The translations under genes were made by a program, and so were the position numbers. From Nemertoderma westbladi (Eukaryota; Animalia; Xenacoelomorpha), in assembly GCA_032718475.1 (NCBI GenBank), contig JAUCBJ010008454.1, forward strand, positions 1 to 33,559: DNA of 33,559 nucleotides, in the 5' to 3' direction. Below the pieces are notes generated by a model, which was not told where the DNA came from, ran no database searches, and saw only the letters and a program-made list of their open reading frames with translations. This document shows, piece by piece, positions 21,706 through 33,559 of this stretch. How positions within the stretch are numbered: the stretch's first letter is position 1; the number at the start of each line of letters is the position of its first letter.

Positions 21706-24419
21706 TATAGATAAATAGGGAGCTTATTTAAAAAATGGAACCCTGCAAATAACAGAGGGTGTGCGCGTGTGGATACCCTAATGGGACATCATTCTGAAGA
21801 AATAAATTTGTAACACGTGTGCTAAAATCAAACTAGAATAAAAAATCAATCGTTGCAAAAATCAAACTATAATCTGTGGTATTGTCTTTCGTTTATTGTT
21901 TTGGTTATAATACAATAGTACCGTAAGCTGTTCCTTTGCTTTAAATATGAGGATCACGATTTCCCAAAGAATAATTTGTACCTTGAAAGTATATATCTCA
22001 AAAGCAATAAATACATTTTGGATTTTGTTTCACCCAGGAATTATACAACAGAATATTTCAAAATATAGCTGATAATCAATTTCAATATATTTATGTATAT
22101 AAATCGCGTGTTATGATTGATTGTTACCTGTCAGGAAAGCTAATTTAACGCTGAGAGAATTTCCGCTAATAATTGATGGTTTTCCTGGAGATTTTATCAA
22201 ATTAATTAGTGTTTATAATTAGCGATGGACCGGATTTAGGTTACAGGAGTTGAGTACTACTGTTCGCACTGCTGTCCAATTGCTTTTCTTCAGAAACATT
22301 GTTACTAATTGGGGGTACATACTTGTATTAGCGGAACCACCTCACCACGCCACTATATCAATAATATGTTTACTTCCAACTCAATCTGCTAAAGGATGTT
22401 TTTTTACAATTAAATTGTAAATATTTCTTAAATTCCCAGAAAGGATAAGGCATAATACACCCGACAGATTTAGTGTTGAGCACAGTTGGTCATCCATCAG
22501 ACATACACAAATAATCTGGTATAGTTTAAAAATATGCTAATTGTGTGTTGTACGTTACACCGTGTGTGTTGCGATATATAACTACATAAACAATGTTTTT
22601 ATCCGCATAAATACTAAAAAATCCATCAAGAAAAGGACTATTATTCGATAAAAAAAAAGTATGCGGAAAACACCACATTTTCTCACTCATTTTCAGGTTA
22701 GCGAAAGTCATTATTCTGTCCGTGTTGTTGAGTTTTACACGAGTTACCAAGAATTTTAGCACGAGCGAATGTCAACGAGTGAAAATTTTCGCTATAGGGG
22801 AGAATTTCGCTAAAGAAAATGAGTGGGAAAGAGTGTTTCCTTTAAGTTTTTATTTGAAAAAAAAACATCACCAGCGTTATCAACATTGTTTCCGTGGTTT
22901 TCACAGGCAGAAGTTCCCGGCCCTCGAATTACCACAAAAATCCGAAAAAGTCAAAAGATACCAAAAGACTCTAAAATAGTCAAAAACTTTTTTTATATTC
23001 CGTTCCCTTACCAGCTTACAGTTAATAAGGTATTTTTAAAGTTTTTTGGGGCATTATGGTGTTGGTGTATTTTGGGTAGGCTATTTCGTAGTTCCCAAAT
23101 CTCCCGAAAACACGCTGCGTCATTCTCCTCATTAAAATTGTGAAGCATGTTCAGATCGTCACGAAGGATGTTACTATTACTGTATTAGGACTGTTTTAGA
23201 CAATGTCCGGTGTCGCTGCCATTCTGCTGGATGGGCCAGGCATATTCAAGTACCGGTATTATGAATATACAATACTGCTGAAGTACTTGTAACATGTAAC
23301 TGCTTTTTACACATTGTAGCCTACACTATGTCAGTCTGTCTGTACCTGTATGGCAGGGTCGAAATTCCGTACCGGTCCCGGTAAAAACAATTTAGTTTCA
23401 TTTTCTTAATGTGTGAGCTGTATGTTGAAAAATTACATGTCAAATGTAGAAAGTCTTTCTTCCACTACTTTTTTACTTTTTAAACGAATTTCTGTAATAT
23501 TAGTGAGACAATGTTAGATTAATTCACTAATTTTTAAAAGAAAAAGGGATTTTTCAAATAAAATCCTCTTAATCTTATAACATTTCATTCGACGAAATAT
23601 AACCAAATTGCAGTGCAGGTAAACTAGTTGCGTAACCATGGTAATCGTGATGAGTGACGTGACCGCAACCGCAACTACAACTTACCTTTACACCCACACC
23701 AAAGCAACATGACAATGACTATATTATTTATTAGTATATATTCCCATACGTATAATGTCAATGGGATGTTGATACTTTAATAAGCCCAAAACAAATATAT
23801 GACACAAATTACCCATGCAGAAGTAACAAATGTACTGTAAAGTCTGTTCCTAGTTTTAGATTATTGTTTTGGTTTGAATAGCCCGCCACTCTGACATATT
23901 ACTTTCTCATAATAGGTACCTTAAATTAACGATAACTCAAATCGATATTCGCACCCAATTGGGAAACCGCACCCAATTGGAAATAAGCATAGGGCGAATA
24001 GAAGGGTAATCAATTGGAATATGTCAATCATTACTCCAACCAACACCTGTTTTACTTCTAAAAATCAATGAAAATTGGTAAAGTTGAACAATTCCAAACA
24101 AGTAGGATAATTTCTATCCAAATCAACAGTTTGTCGCCACTTGAAGCGAATTGCGCAAACATTGGTCACCTGAGTATAATGACCACGTCATAAAATGGAG
24201 TAATTGGAGATATGTTTTGCGAAGCAGCAATTATGGGAGAGGATTATTGGTTCATCCAGTTTATTTTACAAACGGATTTGAATTCCCATTAGAATCCGAG
24301 GTGTTATGTTACATTGTTAATGGAAGAATGCAAAAAACATAATTTGATTTATTTCATCTTGATGTCATACTATGTTGATAGTTTATTCTTGATGGAATAG
24401 TCGAATTGTGTTTATTCTT

Positions 24420-24531
24420 GATGTGTAATTTTGTATTAACGATTTGTGATTTTGTATTAACGATGTGTGATTTTGTATTAACGATGTGTGATTTTGTATT
24501 AACGATGTGTGATTTTGTATTAACGATGTGT
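24420..24531. repeat. 21-bp satellite, left block (about 5 units)
   Basis: AACGATGTGTGATTTTGTATT units. Confidence 0.95.
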
Positions 24532-25516
24532 GGGGCGAGCCACGAAGTTGGCGGAGCCTTAGCGAATTGACACTGTTAGGGGGTGGGTCAATTTATGCAA
24601 ATAGTTGTCGTCGTCGTCGTTGTCGTCGTCGTCGTCGTTGTCGTCGTCGTCGTCGTCGTCGTTACGATTTTGACATGCTAATAACTTTGTCGGATTTAAA
24701 GCTGCCAAGTTGAAAATTTGTAGGTATCAATATGAGCAAAAGTTGAGATTTTTGAGAGACTTTCAGACACCATCAGTGCAATGGTCTCCCGCTAGAGGGC
24801 CACATGTCTAAACATTAAATGCCCTCCCATTTCTTTGCTTTTAATCCGTTTAAGCTGAAACTTGGCAGATATGTATTAGACCATTAGCTGTGACTTTCAA
24901 AGGAGGCGAATCCATCTGCAGTTCTCCAGTCTGCCGCTAGAGGGCCAAATGTCTGAAAGTGAAATCGTTGTCGTCGTTATGATATTGACATGCTTATAAC
25001 TTTGTCGAATTTAAAGCTGCGAAGTTGAAAATTTGTTTTGTTGAAAATCAGTTCAACAGTCACCCGCTATAGGACTACTTTATGCCTGAAAGTGAATAGA
25101 TTCTCCCGTCTCATTGATTTTAATCAGTTTAAGCTGAATCTTGCCATATATTCTGGACCACATGCTGCGTCTTTGTGGGGGGGGGGGGGGGGGGGGGGAG
25201 ATTTAATCGGTCTGCCGCTATACGACGAAATTTCTGAAAGTGAGATCCGTCGCTCATTTCGTTATCCGTTATTCAAGATGAAACTTGGCCGATGTACGTA
25301 TGTACTATTCATCCATAGGCTGTGTCTTTGTGGGGCTGGAGACCCTAATCCATCTTCAGTTCTCACTATACCGCTAGAGTCAGAAATGTCTGAATAGAAA
25401 TGAAAGAGGTAAAAAGTGATTAGGCGAAATCTGCTTAAAATTTGCTAATACAGTAATACTTTCGAATTAGTACTTAAATTAAATTTAAGTCACGTGCTGC
25501 GCGAAGGCCCCACTTC
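24532..25516 (+). mobile_element. Non-autonomous Helentron/HINE (DINE-1/pearl-like) element inserted into the satellite
   Basis: Short inverted motifs near both ends (TGGGGC/GCCCCA, ACGAAGT/ACTTCGT), (GTC)n microsatellite near the 5' end, internal diverged repeats (CCGCTAGAGGGCC, AAGCTGAAACTTGG), 3' hairpin CGAAG-GCCCCA-CTTCG. No credible coding sequence. Confidence 0.6.
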
Positions 25517-27365
25517 GTGTAATTTTGTATTAACGATTTGTGATTTTGTATTAACGATGTGTGATTTTGTATTAACGATGTGTAATTTTGTATTAACGAT
25601 TTGTGATTTTGTATTAACGATGTGTGATTTTGTATTAACGATGTGTGATTTTGTATTAACGATGTGTCATTTTGTATTAACGATGTGTAATTTTGTATTA
25701 ACGATTTGTGATTTTGTATTAACGATGTGTGATTTTGTATTAACGATGTGTAATTTTGTATTAACGATGTATGATTTTGTATTAACGATGTGTGATTTTG
25801 TATTAACGATGTATGATTTTGTATTAACGATGTGTAATTTTGTATTAACGATGTATGATTTTGTATTAACGATGTGTAATTTTGTATTAACGATGTATGA
25901 TTTTGTATTAACGATGTGTGATTTTGTATTAACGATGTATGATTTTGTATTAACGATGTGTAATTTTGTATTAACGATGTATGATTTTGTATTAACGATG
26001 TGTGATTTTGTATTAACGATGTGTGATTTTGTATTAACGATGTGTAATTTTTTATTAACGATGTGTAATTTTGTATTAATGATGTATGATTTTGTATTAA
26101 CGATGTATGATTTTGTATTAACGATGTGTAATTTTGTATTAACGATGTATGATTTTGTATTAACGATGTATGATTTTGTATTAACGATGTGTGATTTTGT
26201 ATTAACGATGTGTAATTTTGAATTAACGATGTGTAATTTTGTATTAACGATGTATGATTTTGTATTAACGATGTGTGATTTTGTATTAACGATGTGTAAT
26301 TTTGTATTAACGATGTGTAATTTTGTATTAACGATGTATGATTTTGTATTAACGATGTGTGATTTTGTATTAACGATGTGTAATTTTGTATTAACGATGT
26401 GCAATTTTGTATTAACGATGTATGATTTTGTATTAACGATGTATGATTTTGTATTAACGATGTGTGATTTTGTATTAACGATGTGTAATTTTGTATTAAC
26501 GATGTATGATTTTGTATTAACGATGTGTGATTTTGTATTAACGATGTGTAATTTTGTATTAACGATGTATGATTTTGTATTAGCGATGTGTGATTTTGTA
26601 TTAACGATGTGTAATTTGGTATTAACGATGTATGATTTTGTATGAACGATGTGTGATTTTGTATTAACGATGTGTAATTTTGTATTAACGATGTATGATT
26701 TTGCATTAGCGATGTGTGATTTTGTATTAACGATGTGTGATTTTGTATTAACGATGTGTGATTTTGTATTAACGATGTGTGATTTTGTATTAACGATGTG
26801 TGATTTTGTATTAACGATGTGTGATTTTGTATTAACGATGTGTGATTTTGTATTAACGATGTGTGATTTTGTATTAACGATGTGTGATTTTGTATTAACG
26901 ATGTGTGATTTTGTATTAACGATGTGTGATTTTGTATTAACGATGTGTGATTTTGTATTAACGATGTGTGATTTTGTATTAACGATGTGTGATTTTGTAT
27001 TAACGATGTGTGATTTTGTATTAACGATGTATGATTTTGTATTAGCGATGTGTGATTTTGTATTAACGATGTGTGATTTTGTATTAACGATGTTTGATTT
27101 TGTATTAACGATGTGTGATTTTGTATTAAAGATGTGTGATTTTGTATTAACGATGTGTGATTTTGTATTAACGATGTGTGATTTTGTATTAACGATGTGT
27201 GATTTTGTATTAACGATGTGTGATTTTGTATTAACGATGTGTGATTTTGTATTAACGATCTGTGATTTTGTATTAACGATGTGTAATTTTGTATTAAAGA
27301 TCTGTGATTTTGTATTAGTATTAACGATCTGTGATTTTGTATTAGTATTAACGATGTGTGATTTG
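25517..27365. repeat. 21-bp satellite array, about 88 units
   Basis: Consensus AACGATGTGTGATTTTGTATT with TGTAAT and TATGAT variants. Confidence 0.98.
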
Positions 27366-27945
27366 ATAATTATCAATTAAAAATTATGGATAAGGAGCAG
27401 TTTACAGGGCAATATATTCTAATCCAACCAAAACAATAAAGGATATAACATTTTTGAGGTTACAGCATTTAAGGGTAATCTTAGCTCGCAATTTGCCATG
27501 TTTGAAGATATTTTCCCCTGGAATGGATTTAATTCCACGAAGCGCCCCATCACCCACCCTCGCCCTCCCACTATCCAAACTGAAGTTGAAAGGCCTGTGA
27601 TTGCTGCTGTATTTAACTAAAGTAGTCCGCCTCTGTATTTCCTAAACCTTTCTTGGTAAATTGTATGATGGAAGTTAAGCCTCGCGAAATAGCATTCATT
27701 GTAGATTTTAGATAATTTCCAAAAATTAATTAATGGAAGTGCCATACTCTAGTTGAGGATCTCGGAATAACAGCGTCATTGAGCGTCAAGTTGATAGCAG
27801 CAGCTAGGCCCTTATGGTATACATAAGGCTTCATTGACAAGTGTTTTGTTATCTCTTTGGTTCTTAGGTAGGCGTACATAATAAACCAACTACACACAGC
27901 AACCACTGTAGAATTCTAGCTTAATTAGATTGTTAGGCTCGAACT

Positions 27946-29248
27946 TTGCAGAAGTGAAGGCTGCTGCAAAGAGCATTAAGACCAATCGTGCCAGTGGAGT
28001 AGATGGTGTTCCGCCTGAGGTCTTTATCATACCTGAGTGTTTAAAGCTCATCCATCCCATCATAGTAGACATGTACCGAACAACAAGAGTCCCACAAGAA
28101 ATGAAAACAAATAAGTTGGTGCCAGTTCCCAAGAAGGTCAACCTAACACTCTATGGTTCTTTTCGGGGAATCTCATTGATCTCGATTGCTGCAAAGCTAT
28201 ACAATAGGATTCTATTAAATCGCATCAGGGATTCCATTGAGAGACTGCTCCGTGGAAATCAGAATGGGTTCCGTAAAGGTCGTTGGACCATGGAGCCCAT
28301 TTTGGCACTTAGAAGGATAATTGAAGAGTATCAGGCATCTGGCTGTTATCTTTGTTGACTTATTCAAGGCCTTTGATTCAGTCTCTCGCTCACGTATGTT
28401 CAGCATACTTTCATTATGGGATTCCTGATGAAATTATTGCAGCAATCAGATCAGTATACGATGGTACGACAACATTTGTGTCTACTGTTGATGGTGATAC
28501 AGAACCATCTTAAGTATCATGGGGAGTCCCCCAAGGCGACACACTTGCGCCATCCTTGTTCATAATTGTGGTTGACTATGTTCTACGCATGTCCTTAGAT
28601 CATCATAACGATGATGGGGTGATGGTAACTCCAACTACTGTTTCCAGAAGTCGAGGAAATCCTGCCAAGTACCTAACTGATCTAGACTTTGCTGATGACT
28701 TAGGAGTACTCTCAAAATCACGAGAGGGTGCCCATGCCCAAGGGCTCCTCAGCTCATAAGAACAGGCTGCTTCTAGTTTTGGTCTTTTATTAACTCCAAA
28801 AAGACCAAAATGTTGACAATTAACTTTGAAAGCACTCAGCAAGTCTCTGACCGGATGAGCATAAATAAGCTCAAAGGATGGTATGCTTGAGCATGTGGAC
28901 AACTTCTATTACCTGGGATCATGGATCCGGAAGTCAGGTGAGGACCTTCGAATACGTAAGGGAAAGGCATGGGCAGCCTTGAATAGGCTTTTCAGTCACC
29001 AGTTCAAGTCACCGAGAATTAATCGGAAACTTAAGGTCCGATTATTTAGAGCAGCAGTAGTTCCAGTACTCCTCTATGGGAGTCCATGCTGGGCTCTAAC
29101 TGCTGAGGACACCAAATCTTTGGATGGCACATTCACAAGAATGCTACGCCGGGTAGAGTCAAGTACAATGCACAAATCTCCAACCAGATACTATATAACA
29201 TTGGAGGTGTCTCATCTGCATGCTGCAGCATGCCGATCCTAGTAGCAG
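27946..29248 (+). mobile_element. 5'-truncated decayed RTE LINE family B flanked by a ~67-bp target-site duplication
   Basis: ASGVDGVPPE, PKK..FRGISL, QNGFRKGR, PQGDTLA, DFADDL, FYYLGS, LLYGSPCW; TAG tail; direct repeats at 27879-27945 and 29249-29325. Confidence 0.92.
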
Positions 29249-29439
29249 TAATAAACCAACTACACGCAGCAACCACTGTATAATTCTAGCTTAATTAACG
29301 AAAATTAGATTGTTAGGCTCGAACTCACGAACTTCACGCTGTGTACATGTACAACCTGGACAACCTGAAAATGAAATATAAAAAAAACAAACGTTGCATA
29401 ATCTGCAGATAAAAAATAATGCAGCATAGAGGCTGTTTG

Positions 29440-29815
29440 GTCATTGAGTAGGAAAATCTTTTATACTCATTAAATGATCTTCCACAGTAAACCCTTCCAC
29501 TCTGTTTCCTAAATGAATGCCTGTTCACCACCATGGGTGATCCTGATCTTCTCTCGTAAACCATTCCACACAGTTTCAAACAGAGCCCAGCAAGATTCAG
29601 GTGGCGTCTCTGTAGGGTGATTCTGGGTTTCCATAGTTCTATAACCCCTCACGACCTCACATTGTTTATGCGAGCATCATAGGCAACCTTGTGCAGTCGA
29701 GATATTATATGCAATATATGTACCATCCAGAAACCTGGTGTCTTCAGCAGTTAGAACCCAGCATGGGTTGCCATAGAGCAGCACAAGCTCAACACTGCTG
29801 CAAGGAATAGGCGCA
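29440..29815 (-). mobile_element. Highly decayed RTE 3' fragment
   Basis: The reverse strand reads LLYGNPCWVLTAEDTRFLDGTY, homologous to LLYGSPCWALTAEDTKSLDGTF of the adjacent copy. The left boundary is approximate. Confidence 0.65.
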
Positions 29816-31019
29816 CGTTTAAAGAGCATGAGATATCAGAGCTCTCACAGATTTTAGATACTAAAATAAATGCATAATGTACATTCATAGCATACCGGTG
29901 CATAAAATGTCCATAAGTATAGGGATAGGATGCACGTTTGGTTAAAATAGATTAAAAGATTCGATAAAAAAGATATGCAGTTAATGGAGATTTCATTTAG
30001 AGCTATGAAAGGGCGGACTGCAACATAAAACCAACAGAATATCAAAACACAAAACACCAAACAAAGAGATACGATAAAGTGATAAACAGTTAATTTAGTT
30101 TTTTGTTAGTGTGTGTCTGGGTTGGATATTTCACTTTCAATGACGTTTCGTAAGTAATGACGTCCATTCTTAAGTTCCTCTTTCAACTATTAAGTTTTGT
30201 CAATTTGGTATTGATATTTATGAAGAAATTTATATATTTTATTAATAGCTAACCTATGCGCAACAAGATCATTCTTTATTATAATAATATTGTATTTTCC
30301 TATTTCTGCAGTTGAACATGTTGTATATTAGTTGCGATTGGTTAAAGCGTATGATTTGTACCACACCAGGTCATAAGAGGTCAATAAGTTATACTCTGTT
30401 GTCAAGATAGAGTATTTTGCTCTTCGCCTTTCCGCATTTCCAACCAATTTCAGCCTAGTTGAGGTGTCAGTGGTATACACCCATGTATGTTGTTGAACTT
30501 CTCTCTGATTTGAAAGCATGTTTAAATTCAAAATTCATATATGGATTGATGAAGCCTATATTTGTGGCGTGTTTTTTTTGGTGTGGAACAAGTAATCTGT
30601 CAATAATTGTAAATTTGAAAGTCTAAGGCATATTACTATTGCATGTTAGGGCATGTTATTGTTTTATCATTTGTGTCTTTAGTGATCTTGTTTTTGTGGT
30701 GTCGTAGCACCTCTTACTTTACCAGGAATCATTAGCACTTCAACCAAGAAGGCCTGCACACAAGTGACCTGCATACAAGTTACCTGTATAGATAATTTTT
30801 AGTAATTTCCAACTTGAGATATGCTTCTGTGTGTGTTTGTATATATGCCAGGCCAGGATTACGAGGTATGTTGATAGACCTGATTATTGATTAAGTCTTC
30901 GAACTTAATTAATTAAATAAAATAAGCATCGGTAAATAATAATTGATACACAAAAATCTAAATTACTTTTATAAAAAAAATTGTTTTTATAGTTATTTCT
31001 GTGTAAATCAGTAATAACT

Positions 31020-31415
31020 CTACTACTACTACTACTACTAGGATCGGCATGCTGCATTGCAGCTGCATTTCTAGGAATGCTGTGCCGGCTTGTCAACAAA
31101 ATTGCACCGCCACAACTCCCTATCACCCATGACATTTGCTAGATCATCCGCATCTTTAAGGCCTGTGTCCTTTAAGATGCGTCTCAAGAAAGTCATGGGC
31201 TGTCCACCATGCTTATTCACTCCATGAGGCTGCCAAAGTACAAGATTATGCACTGGCTGGTCCTCACGGCGAAAGCAATGTCCTGCAAAGCGGAGGCGAT
31301 TTTGTTCTAGTGTCAAGCTTGGGGGAACCAATGAGACACCTCCAATGTTATATAGTGCCTGGTTGGAGATGTGTGCATTGTACATGACACAATGAACCCG
31401 GCGTAGCATTCTCAA
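31020..31415 (-). mobile_element. 3' end of RTE LINE family B with (TAG)n tail
   Basis: RMLRRV..NRLRFAGHCFRREDQPV..LWQP; (CTA)n at 31020-31040; 3' UTR GCAGCATGCCGATCC shared with the 27946-29248 copy. Confidence 0.9.
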
Positions 31416-31930
31416 ACCTGTAAAACATGTAAATCTCAAAACTCTATTACATTTTTTGATTTAATATTAGATTGTTGTTAAATTAATGTGAAATACTATA
31501 TTATTAACGTACGTATTGTTGTAGATTATGTACAGTAACAATTTAAAACCGTGGAAACAGGTATCCATCCCCTTGGGCCAGATGAAACCACACCACCATC
31601 AGCCTTGCTGATAAAAGGATCAGTCAAAATTGATTAGTCTAAATGTTAAATGATGGCATTTAATCATTTTTTTCTAAAATAAATGTCATAAAAAATATAA
31701 TAAAATTTATATTTAAAAATTCAACATACACAACTAAAAGGTTAATATTAAATAATGAAAAGTATGACTAATGAATTTGGACACATTTGTGGTTCCTTTT
31801 AATATATATAGAGCAACCCATGTTACAGCTTGAGTTTTACAGTCAGTTAATTTAGTTTAAACAAAGCTACTTCTACAGTATTAGTTGTATATCTTTATGT
31901 TACAAAATGTGGAGAATCTTGTGAAATAAA

Positions 31931-32361
31931 ATGAAAATGATTGATTACAATTTATCAAACTCAAATGTTTCTCCATTACCATGGCAACCAATGGGTATTG
32001 TATTCAACTCAACTATCGGCCCTGATGACGACCATAACATTGATGACACAATAACAATAACACAAATACTAATCGCTGTCATCTACGCAGTTATTTGTTC
32101 ACTTGGATTCGCTTTCAATATAATAACGGTATATTTCCTAATGTTCAAGAACAGTAAATCAACTCCGCTGGATGTGTTTATATTGTGTTTGAGTATCTCC
32201 GATGTTCTTCTACTAACCAACATGCCTCTGTACGCCGTGCATCGGAACCAACCCTACATGAATTGGCCTTTCGGAGAGATTGGTTGTCAGTTCTATTACT
32301 TTAATGACGTCATTAGCATCCTCATATGCGGATTCACCTTGACAATGATGGCCATACAAAG
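31931..32361 (+). CDS. First coding exon (TM1-TM3) of a rhodopsin-class peptide GPCR, somatostatin/opioid/allatostatin-receptor-like
   Basis: N-glycosylation sites in the N-terminus; TM1 IYAVICSLGFAFN; TM2 FILCLSISD..P; ECL1 WPFGEIGC; TM3 FTLTMMAIQR ends at the splice donor AG|GTAAGT at 32361/32362. Downstream exons were not identified in the window. Confidence 0.88.
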
Positions 32362-33189
32362 GTAAGTTTATTTTATAGCTACAATATTATTATTAGACAT
32401 ATAATAAAGCTAGTCCCAACATTCTTTCATACATAATTAACATGTACCACGAATTTGTCCAAGCAGTAATATAATACCCCAATCAGATACAACAGCTGCC
32501 GTCTTGAAGAAGTCCACGGGGAGCCAATAGTTCTATCCACTCCAGGCACTTTCGATTCCTTAAGTTAACTACTTTAGAACAACTGTCTATAGTTGAATTC
32601 CCTTTCCCTGGCAGTATATTGGCTACCTGGAGGGTCAAATATGTCGGAGTAAGTCAGATGTATATGTCAGAGGACCCTCACCACACCACACACAGCACTG
32701 CGGGAAGGAGAACCAATAGATCTTGTGGTTGGGGTGCGCCTTTCTACAGTCGGCACACTACGGCTGTTATGTCTAAAATATCAAATTTATGTATAACAAT
32801 TCAAAAAGCCATATATAGCCATGGTCAACTAACCACCCGCCCCCTCGCTACGCCTCCTTGGGTGTCCCTGTACTAATAAATATTGCATTAATTATAATAG
32901 CTCGATGGGAAAAATTTCCGAACCCAACTAACATTGTTAATTAATGCTGCATAAATTTACTTTCATATTCAAATGAATTTTCTTAATTTCTTTATGATTA
33001 TACAAAATTGAACCTGGTAACATAGATGGAGGTGGTTAATGATAGCAGATACGGAGGCAGCGGGCTGACATATTGTGTGTGATAAATCCTCCATAACATA
33101 TTAATATGACGCAACTAACACATTCTTTGCAATACTCAACCATGCACTTTAGTTCAGTTGAATTTAGATGCCTGTAGTTTTTAGACCCC

Positions 33190-33400
33190 ACCCACGTAAA
33201 CTAGGCTTTAGATACTTAGGATATTTAGTACCCTGAAGACTTTCCTTAATAGGCTGTCCACCTTGCTTATACTCCCGTTGGGGACACCAAAGTACATGAG
33301 CGAGCAAGGGCTGATCCTCACGACGAAAGTAATGTCCTGCGCAGCGGAGGCGGTTCCGATTAAGTGCCAAGCTTGGGGGTCTACTGAGAAACCTCCACGC
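33190..33400 (-). mobile_element. RTE LINE 3' fragment
   Basis: NRLRCAGHYFRREDQP..VLWCP..GGQP. Confidence 0.8.
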
Positions 33401-33559
33401 TTTAGGGACTGAGAGTAGCGAAAAAGGGGTCTTTAGATATCAGGTGAATTTAGATATCAGGACTATTTATTAGACTTTTACAATATTAGATATAATAATG
33501 TAATAAGTCAACTAACTTTTTATGAACATTTATTGACAATACTAAAGTCAATAGAACAA

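Noticed and set aside
22526-24342. Short ORFs in AT-rich DNA, possible transposon remnants
   Set aside because: No recognisable motifs or termini.
25474-27380. Long 243-569 aa repetitive ORFs on both strands
   Set aside because: The 21-bp unit is a multiple of 3 and lacks stops in several frames; no unique domains, and the array is interrupted by a transposon.

Overview
AT-rich animal (invertebrate-type) genomic DNA. The left ~9.2 kb looks like a decaying endogenous virus or Polinton/adintovirus-like element. It has a minus-strand cassette of a PC4-like ssDNA-binding protein (5558-6604), a protein-primed family-B DNA polymerase split by one in-frame TGA (979-5004) and an overlapping divergent TBP-like gene (456-1001). 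Upstream lie a 95-bp tandem array in which each unit reads as a minus-strand micro-exon flanked by splice signals, a CCAAT/TATA promoter-like region, and a divergently oriented, disrupted CCHC zinc-knuckle gene (7764-9147). No capsid, integrase, packaging ATPase or terminal inverted repeat is visible in the window. The rest is host-like DNA: a CRE-type RLE retrotransposon remnant, minisatellites, an intronless 5-Ig membrane protein with an L1CAM-type FIGxY tail but no FnIII domains (14739-16643), several decayed RTE-clade LINE copies, a 21-bp satellite interrupted by a Helentron/HINE-like element, and the first exon of a class A peptide GPCR. All family calls come from reading motifs by eye; no database search was run.
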